64,000 bases of DNA from Clostridia bacterium (GCA_045545475.1 JAZQAZ010000029.1:29644-93643); one strand, 5' to 3'. Shown: positions 9,116-17,835, counted from the stretch's first letter. Notes: generated from the sequence alone by a model not told the origin. Numbers and translations: made by a program.

Positions 9116-10767
9116 TTTTCGCTTTCTTTTCTTATCTGTGCTCTTTTTATCTTTCCGCCCAGTGTCTTCGGAAGCTCGTCCACAAATTCCACGATTCTGG
9201 GGTATTTATAGGGAGCTGTTGCCTTCTTTACGTGATTCTGAAGCTCTTTAATAAGCTCATCCGAAGGTGTGTAGCCCTTGGCAAGAACAACCGTTGCCTT
9301 TACAACCTGACCTCTCACGGGGTCGGGTGCGGCGGTGATTGCACATTCTACAACTGCAGGATGCTCAATTAAGGCACTTTCAACCTCAAAGGGTCCTATT
9401 CTGTAGCCGGAGCACTTTATAACATCATCGTGTCTGCCCACAAACCAGTAATAGCCGTCGTTGTCGCACCATGCAACGTCCTTTAAGTTGTAGTTGCCGC
9501 TGCCAAGTGCTTCAGCCGTCTGCTCCTCGTTTTTATAGTAGCCAACGAAAAGTCCCACCGGGGGATTGTTTATTACATTACAGATTACAATTTCGCCTTC
9601 TTCACCTGTTCCGCACTCTTTTCCGTTCTCATTAAACAGTCTTAAATCGTAGATGGGAGAAGGCTTTCCCATTGCACCGGGGATAGGCCTCACCCACTTA
9701 AAGTCTGCAAGAAGAACTGTTCCTTCTGTCTGACCGAAGCCTGTGTGAATTTCGCCGCCCGTCAATTCCTTCCAGCGGTTAAACACCTCGGGATTTAAGG
9801 GTTCACCTGCGGTTGCCCAGTTTTTAACCGAGGACAAATCATAGGATGACACGTCTTCCTGAAGCATAAAGCGATACATTGTAGGCGGTGCACAGAAGGT
9901 GGTAAGACGATATTTTTCCATCATTGAAAGAAGCTTTGCGGGAACGAACTTTTCCATATCGTAGGCAAAAATTGTTGCACCGCAAATCCACTGACCGTAG
10001 ATTTTACCCCATCCGAACTTTGCCCAGCCTGAATCCGATACACTCATATGAAGCTTGTTTTCCTCAACCTGCTGCCAATATTTTGCAGTTACGATGTGAC
10101 CGAGAGGGTGGAAATAGTTATGCATAACCATCTTTGGCATACCGGTGGTACCGGAGGTGAAGTAAATCTGCATTATGTCACGTCCACCCGCAGAATCGGC
10201 ACTTCTTTCAAAGGAGGGATCGCACTTTTCAAATTCTCTGTTGAAATTTTTGTAGCCCTCTTTATCCTTATCTCCTGCCATAAGATAATGTAATACGCCC
10301 GGCATTTCGCTTCTTGCAAGCTCAATCTGCTCGTTTACATAACTGTCCTCAAGGGATAAAATAAGGGAAACTCCTGCTGCGTTGGCACGATATGCAATAT
10401 CCTTTTTGGTAAGCTGAAGCGTTCCGGGAATAAAGGTGACACCAAGCTTCATAAGGCCACATGCCGCAACCCAGTATTCCCAGCGACGGCGAAGGATTAA
10501 AAGAGCAACGTCGCCCTTTTTAAGACCTAATGACTTAAAATAGTTTGCCGCCTTATTACTTAATACGCTCATATCGGAAAAGGTGAAAATTTTCTCCTCG
10601 CCCTCGTCGTTGCACCATAAAAGTGCTCTGTTATCGCCTTTTTCAACGGCCCATCCGTCAACAATATCAAAGGCAAAGTTAAAATTGTCATTGGCTTTTA
10701 CTTTGTAATTTGCCTTAAAGTCCTCGTAGGACGAAAATTCTGTTCTCTCTAAAAATTTCTCAAGCAT
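9109..10767 (-). CDS. AMP-forming acyl/acetyl-CoA synthetase
   Basis: YFTSGTTGMPK P-loop, GFGQTE, GRHDDVIKCSGYRIGPFEVES, LPKT..GKIKR. Confidence 0.9.
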   Translation of the reverse strand: MLEKFLERTEFSSYEDFKANYKVKANDNFNFAFDIVDGWAVEKGDNRALLWCNDEGEEKIFTFSDMSVLSNKAANYFKSLGLKKGDVALLILRRRWEYWVAACGLMKLGVTFIPGTLQLTKKDIAYRANAAGVSLILSLEDSYVNEQIELARSEMPGVLHYLMAGDKDKEGYKNFNREFEKCDPSFERSADSAGGRDIMQIYFTSGTTGMPKMVMHNYFHPLGHIVTAKYWQQVEENKLHMSVSDSGWAKFGWGKIYGQWICGATIFAYDMEKFVPAKLLSMMEKYRLTTFCAPPTMYRFMLQEDVSSYDLSSVKNWATAGEPLNPEVFNRWKELTGGEIHTGFGQTEGTVLLADFKWVRPIPGAMGKPSPIYDLRLFNENGKECGTGEEGEIVICNVINNPPVGLFVGYYKNEEQTAEALGSGNYNLKDVAWCDNDGYYWFVGRHDDVIKCSGYRIGPFEVESALIEHPAVVECAITAAPDPVRGQVVKATVVLAKGYTPSDELIKELQNHVKKATAPYKYPRIVEFVDELPKTLGGKIKRAQIRKESENK

Positions 10768-10777
10768 TTCCTTCCTC

Positions 10778-11329
10778 CTACTCGGCAATTACAGTTAAAA
10801 ATCTTGCTTTTACATCACCATAGCAACGCTGACCGTGCATATGACGGGGATTGAAATATATACAGTCGCCGGGATTTAAGATTATGGATTTTTCGTCAAA
10901 TACCAGTTCAATTTGACCTTCCAGTACCATATTGAATTCCTGACCGGAATGGCATACAAGTGCTGCAGGATCGTCGGAAGGGTCAAGTGTTACCAAAAGT
11001 GGCTGCATAATTTTTCCGCTGTAACGGAAGGCTAAATCCTCAAAGCGGTAGCCGGGATAACGTTTTATATCCTCGCCCTCGCCACGGCGTACCACCTGAT
11101 AGGTGTCAAGACGGGCACTTCTTCCGGTGATTATTTCTGTAAAGTCCACTCCGAATTTATTTGCCACGGCATAAACTGTGCTTATGGGCACATCTTCCCC
11201 TGTTTGTTCATATTTTTTATATGTTTCCACATCAAAGGAAAGCTCACTGCAAAGCTCCTCCACGGTATAACCGCAGGCTTCACGGAGTCCCTTTAATCTT
11301 TCGGCAATTTCATTTATTTCTTTATTCAT
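10778..11329 (-). CDS. XRE-HTH/cupin transcriptional regulator
   Basis: N-terminal HTH (RLKGLREACG), cupin HSGQEF...H; typically paired with acyl-CoA synthetase. Confidence 0.88.
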   Translation of the reverse strand: MNKEINEIAERLKGLREACGYTVEELCSELSFDVETYKKYEQTGEDVPISTVYAVANKFGVDFTEIITGRSARLDTYQVVRRGEGEDIKRYPGYRFEDLAFRYSGKIMQPLLVTLDPSDDPAALVCHSGQEFNMVLEGQIELVFDEKSIILNPGDCIYFNPRHMHGQRCYGDVKARFLTVIAE

Positions 11330-11411
11330 AGTAAAACCTCCCATTAAATAAGAAATCTGCAGTATATATTGTATCATAAATGAAACATTCCCGCAAGTGT
11401 CAAATTAAACG

Positions 11412-11440
11412 AAAAAAGATGCCCGTCGGGCATCTTTTTT
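11412..11440 (-). terminator. spo0A terminator
   Basis: AAAAAAGATGCCCG-T-CGGGCATCTTTTTT. Confidence 0.7.
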
Positions 11441-11479
11441 CAAAAAGGGATTGAGAAATGAGTAGGAGGGGTTGTCTGA

Positions 11480-12247
11480 TCAGCCGACATTCATCTCTAA
11501 GCGGAGCTTATCTGCAATCAGTGCGATGAATTCGGAATTTGTAGGTTTGCCTTTAAGGGTGCTTACGGTATATCCAAAAAGCTTGTAGAAAAATTCTTCG
11601 TTTCCTCTTGTGCAGGCAACCTCGATTGCGTGACGGATGGCACGTTCAACACGGGATGATGTGGTTTTATGCCGTTTCGCAACCTCTGGATAAAGCTGCT
11701 TTGTAACAGCATGCATAAGCTCAGAATCTTTGACGGTCATCATTATCGCATCTCTTAAATAACTGTAGCCTTTGATGTTCGCAGGAATTCCCACATTATG
11801 AATAACGCCCGTAACCTTTAATTCAAGTGCTTTACCGCTTTCTTCTCCCTCGGTCTTTTTCGCATTGTCAGGGTAAAGGAGCATTTTTATTCTTTCAAAA
11901 AGAGTTTCGTAAGAAGCAGGCTTTGTTATGTAATAATCCGCACCGTAAAGCGATACCATGTTGGAAACATAAGTACCGGAAAGTGCCGAATGTACCACTA
12001 TCGCAGGCTTTTTCTCCGCTCTTGATAAAGCCTTTAACACCCCTATTCCGTCAAGCACCGGCATTACAATATCAAGAATTACAGCATCGGGCGACAGGAG
12101 ATTTATCTTTTCAAGGCCGTCTTTTCCGTTTAATGAAAATCCTACGATTTCAATTTCCCTTTCGCCCGACTCCTTTAAATAGGCATTTATTCCTTCTTCC
12201 ACCTCACGGCTGTCATCAATTACAAGCACTTTTATTTTTTCTTTCAT
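11480..12247 (-). CDS. spo0A: sporulation master regulator Spo0A
   Basis: Receiver domain plus [16 protein letters not shown]...LYPEVAK...[14 protein letters not shown]...KPTNSEFIA. Confidence 0.95.
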   Translation of the reverse strand: MKEKIKVLVIDDSREVEEGINAYLKESGEREIEIVGFSLNGKDGLEKINLLSPDAVILDIVMPVLDGIGVLKALSRAEKKPAIVVHSALSGTYVSNMVSLYGADYYITKPASYETLFERIKMLLYPDNAKKTEGEESGKALELKVTGVIHNVGIPANIKGYSYLRDAIMMTVKDSELMHAVTKQLYPEVAKRHKTTSSRVERAIRHAIEVACTRGNEEFFYKLFGYTVSTLKGKPTNSEFIALIADKLRLEMNVG

Positions 12248-12308
12248 TTTTATTCCATCCTTTCAAACATTAAATTTCTTTTTTCTATGTATTTTTGTCT
12301 GTAATTGC

Positions 12309-12374
12309 ATTTTACCATAAATTACCAATTTATGCAAGAACTTTTTACCATTTTTTACCATTTTTCGTTCGACA
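12309..12374 (-). promoter_or_regulatory. spo0A SigA-type promoter and 0A box
   Basis: Minus strand TTGCAT-N17-TAAAAT (12337-12309); 0A box TGTCGAA at 12368-12374. Confidence 0.6.
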
Positions 12375-12404
12375 TAATACCTCAAAAAAGCAACATCGGT
12401 ACTA

Positions 12405-12433
12405 TTGACACCCCCTTTTCACTATGGTAAAAT
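12405..12433 (+). promoter_or_regulatory. SigA promoter of the GH35 gene
   Basis: TTGACA-N17-TAAAAT with extended TG. Confidence 0.65.
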
Positions 12434-12464
12434 TGAATTATAACTATTAAAAGGAAGTGTTTTT

Positions 12465-14321
12465 ATGGCAAAAACAGTTGAAGTAAAAAAAGACGGCGTT
12501 TACTTAGACGGCGAGAAATTTTTTCTTGTCAGCGGTGACTTTCACTATTTCAGAACCCTTCCCGGTGGATGGGAAAGAAGACTTCGCCTGATGAAGGATT
12601 TCGGCTTAACCGCTGTTACTACCTATGTTCCCTGGAACCTGACAGAGCCTAAAAGAGGCGAATATTGCTTTGACGGAAGAGCAAATCTCATGCTCTTTTT
12701 GGAACTTTGCGATAAATGCGGCCTTAAGGTAATCCTTCGTTGCTCCCCCTACCTTTGCGGCGAATGGGAAATGGGCGGTCTTCCCAGCTGGCTCTTAAAG
12801 GACAGAACCATCTGCGTCCGCTCCAGCGACCCCGGCTATATGGAAGCGGCCAACGAATACAACAAAGTGCTTTGCGATAAAATCCGCCCCTATCTTCACA
12901 CCAACGGCGGGCCCGTAATTTTAGTAGGTCTTGAAAACGAATACGGCTCCTTCGGTGACGATTTGGAATATTTACAGATGCTTTGCGACTTTTACAGAAA
13001 CGAAAATATCGACGTTCCCTTTGTAAGTGCCAACGGCGTTGACGATTTTAAATACATAAACGGAACACTTAAAGATAACTGGAACGGCATTGACCACGGG
13101 GCAGACCCCGGTTCAATTGCCCAGTTTGAAAAGCTTCGTGCCTTTCAGCCCGATAAGCCTTTAATGAGCGGTGAAGCCTGGACAGGACAGATTCAGTTCT
13201 GGGGCCGTAAGTTCTATAAGGGCGGAGACGGCGTTAAAATGGCCCAGTATTTCAAAAAGGCACTTGAAATGGGGGCTTGCGTAAACTTTTATATGTTCTG
13301 CGGTGGCACTAACTTTGAATTTACCTCCGGTGCACTTCACAGCGTTGGAAATAGTGCCTACACTCCCCTTATGACAAGCTATGACTATGACGCACCCATA
13401 AGCGAAGAAGGAACACCCACAAGAAAGTATTATGCTCTCCGTGATGTACTTGACGAATATTTGGGCAAGGAAAAAAGAGAGCATACAGACCCCGATTTTG
13501 AAATTCAGTCCATCGAAAAAATCACTCTTACAGAGTCTGCTCCCCTCTTTTCAAACCTTGACAATCTTTCGGATAAGAGGGTTAAGGCAAACAGAACCAT
13601 CTGTATGGAGGATTTGGATCAGAACTTCGGCTTTATCTGCTACCGCTCCGAAATCCGCTATACCGACGACCGAGTAAGACACTTAATTATAGACGGACTT
13701 GCTGACCGAGCAACGGTTTACATTGACGGAAAGTATATCGGCACCCACCTTCGTGATGCGGATAACCCCGACATCACCTTTACCGTAAAGAAAGGCGGAA
13801 GCGTTCTTACCATCCTTGTTGAAAATATGGGAAGAATCAACTACGGTCACAGAATTTACGACTATAAGGGAATACTCGGCTCAGTTCGTGTAAACATTGA
13901 AAATGCGGACGGCAGCTTCCTTTACAACTATGCCAACAATATGCGCTTTACCATTGACTGTCTGCCTCTTTCAGACCTTTCAAAGCTCTCTTATGAAAAG
14001 GGCATCGTAAAGACAGATACTCCCTGCTTCTACAAGGGTACATTCGATGCCAAGGCAGGCGTTGATACCTTCTGCGATATGGGAGGATGGAGAAAAGGAT
14101 GCGTTTATGTAAACGGCTTTAACCTTGGTCGTTTCTGGGATGTTGGACCGCAGAGAACATTGTACCTTCCCGGTGAACTTTTAAAGGATAAGGACAACGT
14201 AATTGAAGTTTTCGAGCTTCACTCACCCAAGGGCGAATATGAGGTTTCCTGCCTCGATCACTCACTTCTCTGCGAAGAAGTAAATAATGATTTACTGAGC
14301 ACAGACTTCCAGTTACTGTAA
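12465..14321 (+). CDS. GH35 beta-galactosidase
   Basis: SGDFHYFR, YVPWN, GGPVILVGLENEYG, YMFCGGTNF, SYDYDAP, NGFNLGRFW..GPQRTLY. Confidence 0.92.
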   Translation: MAKTVEVKKDGVYLDGEKFFLVSGDFHYFRTLPGGWERRLRLMKDFGLTAVTTYVPWNLTEPKRGEYCFDGRANLMLFLELCDKCGLKVILRCSPYLCGEWEMGGLPSWLLKDRTICVRSSDPGYMEAANEYNKVLCDKIRPYLHTNGGPVILVGLENEYGSFGDDLEYLQMLCDFYRNENIDVPFVSANGVDDFKYINGTLKDNWNGIDHGADPGSIAQFEKLRAFQPDKPLMSGEAWTGQIQFWGRKFYKGGDGVKMAQYFKKALEMGACVNFYMFCGGTNFEFTSGALHSVGNSAYTPLMTSYDYDAPISEEGTPTRKYYALRDVLDEYLGKEKREHTDPDFEIQSIEKITLTESAPLFSNLDNLSDKRVKANRTICMEDLDQNFGFICYRSEIRYTDDRVRHLIIDGLADRATVYIDGKYIGTHLRDADNPDITFTVKKGGSVLTILVENMGRINYGHRIYDYKGILGSVRVNIENADGSFLYNYANNMRFTIDCLPLSDLSKLSYEKGIVKTDTPCFYKGTFDAKAGVDTFCDMGGWRKGCVYVNGFNLGRFWDVGPQRTLYLPGELLKDKDNVIEVFELHSPKGEYEVSCLDHSLLCEEVNNDLLSTDFQLL

Positions 14322-14322
14322 G

Positions 14323-14541
14323 AGGAGATGTTAAAAAAGTTCAGACCGCAAAAAGGCAAATAAATTGATGACTCTTACTCCTTGCTTATCAAAGTTATTA
14401 AAATAGTGTTGAAAAATCGCATTTCTGCGATTTTTCTTCATTTTACGCCTTTTTGCTACGAACAAACTTCACCCTCAATGTATCTCATACATTTTCGGGC
14501 GGTGCAGTTTGTCCGTTCTGAAGCATTTTTTCCTATCTCCT
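14323..14541. repeat. structured dispersed repeat, copy 1 (MITE-like or ncRNA)
   Basis: Three blocks near-identical to 50541-50825; ends AGGAGAT...ATCTCCT. Confidence 0.85.
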
Positions 14542-14555
14542 GATATTAAATTGAT

Positions 14556-14615
14556 GTAGGGGCCGGTGCCCACATCAGCCCGCATTTTCCGGGTCGATGT
14601 GGCATCGACCCCTGC
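14556..14615. repeat. GTAG-type REP doublet (REPIN-like)
   Basis: GTAGGGGCCGGTGCCCACATCAGCCCG followed by the inverted copy CGGGTCGATGTGGCATCGACCCCTGC. Confidence 0.7.
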
Positions 14616-14631
14616 ATTTTTCAAAAACATC

Positions 14632-14681
14632 TTGACATTTGTAGCTACACGTGATATACTACGATTGTAGCTACAAGTGTA
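14632..14681 (+). promoter_or_regulatory. SigA promoter overlapped by BlaI/CopY-type operators
   Basis: TTGACA(14632)-N17-TATACT(14655); TACA-NN-TGTA-like boxes GACATTTGTA (14634), TACGATTGTA (14660), TACAAGTGTA (14672). Confidence 0.8.
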
Positions 14682-14717
14682 ATTACACTTACAATTAATC
14701 CCCAAGGAGGCAAAAAA

Positions 14718-15089
14718 ATGTCAAACATAAAGCAAACAATTACGGATTCCGAGTATCAGATTATGAAAATTTTGTGGGATGCAAATGAGAAAATGACCGT
14801 ATCTGACGTATCGGCAAAGCTTGACGGCAACGACTGGACGGCATCCACAGTTTCCACCTTTCTTCAGAGGCTATTGAAAAAAGAAGTGGTTGCCTGCGAT
14901 AAAAGAGGCAAAACCAACCTTTATTACCCCGTTTTATCCCGGAAGGACTACGATTTAAGCGAAACGGAAAGCTTTCTTTCCAAAATTTACAAGGGCTCAA
15001 TCAAAAATATGGTTGCGGCACTTTACGAAAACAAAAAGCTTTCGGATGATGACGTGACAGACCTTAAGAAGATGTTTGAACTGGAGTGA
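14718..15089 (+). CDS. BlaI/MecI/CopY-family repressor
   Basis: ITDSEYQIMKILW...WTASTVSTFLQRLLKK...YYP...FLSKIYKGS. Confidence 0.93.
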   Translation: MSNIKQTITDSEYQIMKILWDANEKMTVSDVSAKLDGNDWTASTVSTFLQRLLKKEVVACDKRGKTNLYYPVLSRKDYDLSETESFLSKIYKGSIKNMVAALYENKKLSDDDVTDLKKMFELE

Positions 15090-15093
15090 TTTT

Positions 15094-15921
15094 ATGGCAG
15101 AGCTTTTTAAGACAACCCTTGTTTTAAGCATTTTTGGTTTTGTTATGACGGCACTGCTTCTTATCATAAAGCCCGTGACGGCAAAAAAACTTCCGGCATC
15201 TTGGCAATATTATATGTGGGTTCTGGTTGTGCTTTCAATGCTTATTCCCGTTTATAAAATTATCCCTTCAAGGGAAATTTATAAAATTCCTGTTGTTCCG
15301 TCTGTCACAACCGAATCTCCCTCCACGCCTGACATAAGCGAAAACGTTGAAGTATTACCGGCGGAAGACACGGTAAAGGAAAATGCAGGCACACCCGTAA
15401 GGCAAAGCAGGACGGGGCTTTACACCATTGCCGCTTTTATCTGGCTTTCGGGAATGGCAATATATCTTTTCATAGTTTCTTTAAGCTATATTTCCTTCAC
15501 CACGAAAAAGCGGAAAAATTCCATTCCCTTAAGGGATGATGCGATATTGAATGAATGCTCAAAATCCCTTAAAATAAAGCGGAAAATCAAGGTTATGGTT
15601 TCGGAAAATTTAGATTCTCCCATGCTTGTGGGCGTGTTTTTCCCGGTAATTTATATCCCTGACGGGGAAATTCCTCCCGAAAAGCTTAAAATGATTTTCC
15701 TTCACGAGCTTAACCACTATAAAAGGAAGGATTTAATTTTCAAGTGGCTTTCTGTCTTAACCAATATGATACATTGGTTTAATCCCCTTTCCTATCTTTT
15801 ATGCTCCGCTTTAAGCGAAGCCTGTGAAATTTCCTGCGATATGGCTGTAACCAGAAATATGACGGAGGATGAGCAAAGACTTTATATGCAGACGATTTTA
15901 GACCTTGCAAAAAGGAGGTAA
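15094..15921 (+). CDS. BlaR1-type M56 metallopeptidase, N-terminal/catalytic part only
   Basis: TM segments, SPMLVGVFFP, HELNHYKRKD (HExxH), HWFNP, EISCD. Ends at YMQTILDLAKRR without the LKRR helix, last TM or sensor domain. Confidence 0.9.
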   Translation: MAELFKTTLVLSIFGFVMTALLLIIKPVTAKKLPASWQYYMWVLVVLSMLIPVYKIIPSREIYKIPVVPSVTTESPSTPDISENVEVLPAEDTVKENAGTPVRQSRTGLYTIAAFIWLSGMAIYLFIVSLSYISFTTKKRKNSIPLRDDAILNECSKSLKIKRKIKVMVSENLDSPMLVGVFFPVIYIPDGEIPPEKLKMIFLHELNHYKRKDLIFKWLSVLTNMIHWFNPLSYLLCSALSEACEISCDMAVTRNMTEDEQRLYMQTILDLAKRR

Positions 15922-15923
15922 CT

Positions 15924-17021
15924 ATGCTGGAAAAATTATACTCAACCAAAATGAGCGAAGACAGAAAAAGCCTTCAGAGGCGTTTTTCAAAAATCCGCAA
16001 AAAGAGCGGAAAGACTTCTAAAATAATTGCCGTAATTCTTTCGGCGGTTTTGATTATTGCCGTTTTAACCGTTTCCTCCATAGTAGGCTCACGCCTTGGC
16101 GTCCGCGATTACTCTCTTTCGGATGCCGAATATTCCGCCTTGCTTGAAAGTCGGCTCGGTGCGGTTATGGCGGACATATATTATGCCGACAGACAAAAGA
16201 TTTTAGTTCATTACGGCTCCGCCCTTTTTATTCTCGGCACCAATCCGCCACCCGAAAACCCTATGCTTTCTTCCGAATTTGATTTTGTGATAAATCTTGA
16301 AAAGCTTAACATATCAAAAAATCAGCAGGGAAGCAACATTCTTGAAGTAAAAGTGGATAAGGACGGTAAAAACGCCTATCTTTATTCCGTTGGACCCATC
16401 GATGAAATAAAGGGCTTTGACGAATATATCTTAAGCCTTGAAACGGGAAGCGTGAAAAAAGGCAGTGCGCCCAAAGATGCCGAATATTTCAGTGGCCGTG
16501 CAGACAGCTCCACTACCCTATTAAATCCTTTCGGATGGTTCAGCAACACCTCAGTTATAGACGGCGATAAAATTTACTACCTCACCTGCGAAAACGGAAA
16601 GGCAGAGGGAATTCAGCTTGTTACGGTAAATCATCTTACGGGGGAAACCTCGTCACGGTTTATCTTCAATCCCGCATCAGCCGATATTAGCTTTTTCGAA
16701 CCGAAGGATATAAAGGATATTACGGAAGCCCGCCTTATTTCAGGGGACATTGACATTGTCATAAAAAACGAAGTCAAGCTTTCCGAAATAGAAGAAATGC
16801 TTTCTTCGGCTGAAATTATCTATGGCGGTACGGCGTGCTCCTTTACCGCAGATCTGATACTGAAAAGAGCCGACGGTGCTTCCGGTAAGGTTACCCTTGC
16901 CACGGATAGCTGTGCCGTATATAAATGCGGCAGCACCTATTATGATTACAGCGATGGTGACAACACCCGTATGTTTGACCTCCTCGGGGTAACCCACGAA
17001 TGGATTTTAAAAGCATATTAA
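15924..17021 (+). CDS. M56 C-terminal-module protein 1 (LQRRF helix + TM + unknown extracellular domain)
   Basis: AGGAGG RBS; N-terminus MLEKLYSTKMSEDRKSLQRRFSKI..GKTSKII followed by a hydrophobic helix. Confidence 0.8.
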   Translation: MLEKLYSTKMSEDRKSLQRRFSKIRKKSGKTSKIIAVILSAVLIIAVLTVSSIVGSRLGVRDYSLSDAEYSALLESRLGAVMADIYYADRQKILVHYGSALFILGTNPPPENPMLSSEFDFVINLEKLNISKNQQGSNILEVKVDKDGKNAYLYSVGPIDEIKGFDEYILSLETGSVKKGSAPKDAEYFSGRADSSTTLLNPFGWFSNTSVIDGDKIYYLTCENGKAEGIQLVTVNHLTGETSSRFIFNPASADISFFEPKDIKDITEARLISGDIDIVIKNEVKLSEIEEMLSSAEIIYGGTACSFTADLILKRADGASGKVTLATDSCAVYKCGSTYYDYSDGDNTRMFDLLGVTHEWILKAY

Positions 17022-17069
17022 GCCGATGGGCGTCTGACCCCACAAGGCTTATGATTAAAGGAGGCAACT

Positions 17070-17792
17070 ATGTTAGAAAAATTATACACCACAAAAATGA
17101 GTGACGATAAAAAGGTTTTAAAGAGGAGGTTTTCAAAAATCAGCCGGAAAAACGGAAAGACTTCCAAAATAATTTCTGCGTTAACAGCGCTTTTACTTTC
17201 GATAACGCTTCTTTCGGGCTATGCCGTCATGGCTGTTTTAGACCCCAGCGAGGAAATCAAGGAAGAATATGCCCTTTCCCTTATAGACTATGAAATTTTA
17301 AGGGGCTATCCCGACGGAAAAATGCGACTTGATGAGCCGATAACCAATGCAGAAGCGATTACTCTTATACTTCGTGCCCACAAAGGCTACAGGGATATGC
17401 TCGAAACTTACATCCCAAAAGATGAAAGCGAAAATCACTGGGCATATAAGGAAATTGCCCTTGCAAAGGATTTGAAAATTGCAGAAAGCGACATAGTGCC
17501 GGATGAAATTATTACGGTATCTGGCTTTTCAAAGATGCTCGTTCTTCTTTTAGGCTATGGCGTAAAGGCGGAGCAACGTGGCGGAGATTATGTTTCCGTT
17601 GCAAAAAGGCTCGGCATTTTTGAAGGACTTGATAAAAATGCCGGAGATATTTTAACAAGAAAAGATGCCGCATTGATGCTGTCAAACGCCCTTGACGTGC
17701 CCTTTATGGAAGCTTCTTCCTATAATGCAGAAATAAAAACTTTAGAGTATGTAATTAAAGAGGGCAATACCTTAAGAAGTCTTCTCGATTAA
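17070..17792 (+). CDS. M56 C-terminal-module protein 2 (LKRRF helix + TM + SLH domains)
   Basis: AGGAGG RBS; MLEKLYTTKMSDDKKVLKRRFSKI..GKTSKII; SLH motifs ILRGYPDG....PITNAEA, HWAYKEI, LTRKDAA. Confidence 0.85.
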   Translation: MLEKLYTTKMSDDKKVLKRRFSKISRKNGKTSKIISALTALLLSITLLSGYAVMAVLDPSEEIKEEYALSLIDYEILRGYPDGKMRLDEPITNAEAITLILRAHKGYRDMLETYIPKDESENHWAYKEIALAKDLKIAESDIVPDEIITVSGFSKMLVLLLGYGVKAEQRGGDYVSVAKRLGIFEGLDKNAGDILTRKDAALMLSNALDVPFMEASSYNAEIKTLEYVIKEGNTLRSLLD

Positions 17793-17796
17793 CGAA

Positions 17797-17827
17797 AAAA
17801 CACATCATCCGACGGATGATGTGTTTT
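17797..17827. terminator. bidirectional terminator closing the blaI operon
   Basis: AAAACACATCATCCG-A-CGGATGATGTGTTTT. Confidence 0.8.
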
Positions 17828-17835
17828 CATTATCT

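Noticed and set aside
10740-10767. Acyl-CoA synthetase N-terminus (MLEKFL) as a third M56 module
   Set aside because: Only four residues match; there is no KMS/LKRRF helix or TM.
14323-14541. CRISPR repeat-spacer unit (33-34-nt variable segment)
   Set aside because: There are no tandem direct repeats, the flanks differ on the two sides, and no cas genes are present.
14475-14705. ORFs 14475-14705, 50509-50697 and 50675-50890 (two share the GDRKKCFRTDKLHRPK peptide)
   Set aside because: They are translations of the non-coding repeat, with unrelated N-termini.
15900-15930. Simple frameshift pseudogene joining M56 and ORF1
   Set aside because: ORF1 has its own AGGAGG-spaced ATG. The same RBS and leader are duplicated at 17058-17170, and the operators are intact. 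A genuine split is more parsimonious, though reads should confirm it.
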